Of a stretch of 35,614 nucleotides of DNA, positions 34,445 through 35,614 are shown in pieces (positions within the stretch are counted from its first letter, which is position 1; the number at the start of each line of letters is the position of its first letter). The DNA lies in IMG/VR virus record IMGVR_UViG_3300028145_000014, positions 1 through 35,614 of that record, one strand, 5' to 3'. The DNA comes from a virus (Duplodnaviria; Caudoviricetes). Position numbers and translations under genes: made by a program. The notes beneath the pieces are model-generated. The model had not been told where the DNA came from and did not search any database. It was given only the letters and a program-made list of their open reading frames with translations.

Positions 34445-35306
34445 CGATCAGTTCCCTCCATTGCGGTGTTTGCAGCCACTTGCTCACGATCAACTCACGA
34501 TTGATCATGTTCGCAGGCACGGCTTCCTCGCGGGCACGACTTGCGAACTCGCCTTCATTGTGTGAACTGTAGTATGTCATTGCACTGAAGACTGACCACA
34601 CGGTCGAGCCTCGTTCCTCACGCTCGATCACCCAGCGGTTGCCGAGTGCATCCTCGAACGACGGTGAGTTCGCAATGGCATGGAACAATGCCATCGCCTT
34701 CTCATGTCTCACCGGTCGTTTCGTCCACTCACGATAAGTCTCAGCGTCCTTCCAGAATTGCTCCACCGAATGTTTGAGCACGTGTTCGATCCGCTTGATA
34801 CGCAGCCCGGCGGTGTGTCGGTGGTATGACTGCTCATACTGCCCACGCACGACACCGTTGGAACAATAGAACTCGATTGCTCCGCTGAGGACGCGAAGTG
34901 CCACACCTCCGTAGCTATTCTGTCCGACGATACGAAATGCAATGTCGCTCCGTGCCCCAATGTCACACCGCATTCCGGGGAAGACATACTCCCGGTAGCA
35001 GTTGCGGCCGTGGTATGCGATCTTGTCACTGACCTGGACGCCAGCAAGTGCCGCCGTCGGTAGCGTTGCCACCATTGTATCTTCGATCGCATTGAACAAC
35101 TCCCTGTTGTGCACGAGCTTGTATGTCGATGACACAACACTGAGTGGGAACGCCGACGTGCCATCCTGCGTCAGTCGCACGATGACACGATTAGCAGGGA
35201 TGCGCTCGAACGATCCATCACGCTTCTCCCAGCCTGCATTGCGCAGGCCGACAGGAAACAACAGCGGGCTGTCCGCCGTGTTGAACTGATCGAATGGACT
35301 ATGCAT
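34437..35306 (-). CDS. DUF932/DUF945-like phage/plasmid protein
   Basis: VVSSTYKLVHNRELF, NSYGG, FYCSNG, RHT, TVWSVFSAMTYYSSH motifs; SD AAGGAG before ATG 35306. Confidence 0.78.
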   Translation of the reverse strand: MHSPFDQFNTADSPLLFPVGLRNAGWEKRDGSFERIPANRVIVRLTQDGTSAFPLSVVSSTYKLVHNRELFNAIEDTMVATLPTAALAGVQVSDKIAYHGRNCYREYVFPGMRCDIGARSDIAFRIVGQNSYGGVALRVLSGAIEFYCSNGVVRGQYEQSYHRHTAGLRIKRIEHVLKHSVEQFWKDAETYREWTKRPVRHEKAMALFHAIANSPSFEDALGNRWVIEREERGSTVWSVFSAMTYYSSHNEGEFASRAREEAVPANMINRELIVSKWLQTPQWRELIDA

Positions 35307-35604
35307 GCGGTTGCTCCTTTCCTTCAAGGAACTGACGAATGCGCAGTGCGACCATCTCGGGTGATGTCTCCTGATACGTGCCGCCGGGCGTTGGTGTGAA
35401 GAAGATCGCACTGAACGTTGTTGGATCGAGATCGAACAACCAAGCGCAGGTATCTACTTCAAGTAGTTCTGTGTCACCGAGCATGTCTGCCTCGTATGCA
35501 AGTCCGAGTGCACACTGTGATGGCTCACTGTAGTCCCACTCGAAGCACTCCGGCCACAGATCACGATCGAGCAACAAGTCATGTAGTTTCTGTAACCTAC
35601 TCAT
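35299..35604 (-). CDS. Hypothetical protein (101 aa)
   Basis: Acidic globular-looking ORF overlapping the next gene's start; upstream context is cut by the window end. Confidence 0.7.
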   Translation of the reverse strand: MSRLQKLHDLLLDRDLWPECFEWDYSEPSQCALGLAYEADMLGDTELLEVDTCAWLFDLDPTTFSAIFFTPTPGGTYQETSPEMVALRIRQFLEGKEQPHA

Positions 35605-35614
35605 GATGGGTCTT

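Noticed and set aside
1-35614. tRNA, integrase/att site, endolysin, RNA polymerase or DNA-modification genes
   Set aside because: No cloverleaf or diagnostic motifs recognised by eye; absence applies only to this window.

Overview
About 35.6 kb of an unclassified tailed dsDNA phage (Caudoviricetes, podovirus-type gene set), organised as two convergent blocks. The + strand (1-23703) is morphogenesis: two fibre/spike-like proteins, terminase large subunit, a DUF3309-like membrane peptide, portal, scaffold, major capsid, adaptor, nozzle, a tail fibre with S74 chaperone, two GNAT proteins and four putative ejection proteins. The - strand (23765-35604) is early/replication: an NrdR-like Zn-ribbon protein, a family A DNA polymerase fused to an N-terminal UDG-like domain, RecD-like helicase, DUF669-like SSB, Sak4-like ATPase, Cas4-like PD-(D/E)XK nuclease, HNH-AP2 endonuclease, a DUF932-like protein and small hypotheticals. 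I recognised no primase, small terminase, endolysin, integrase, tRNA or CRISPR array. The strongest unexplained signal is a 16-bp quasi-palindrome ACTTAC-CGCA-GTAAGT in 8 dispersed copies, all with the exact 13-mer TACCGCAGTAAGT. Copies lie in leaders, gene junctions and coding sequence, and the stand-alone NrdR-type domain is a candidate reader. There are also candidate overprinted +1-frame genes inside the polymerase and scaffold genes, and three small coupled ORFs missed by the ORF track. All family calls are from motif recognition by eye, not database searches.
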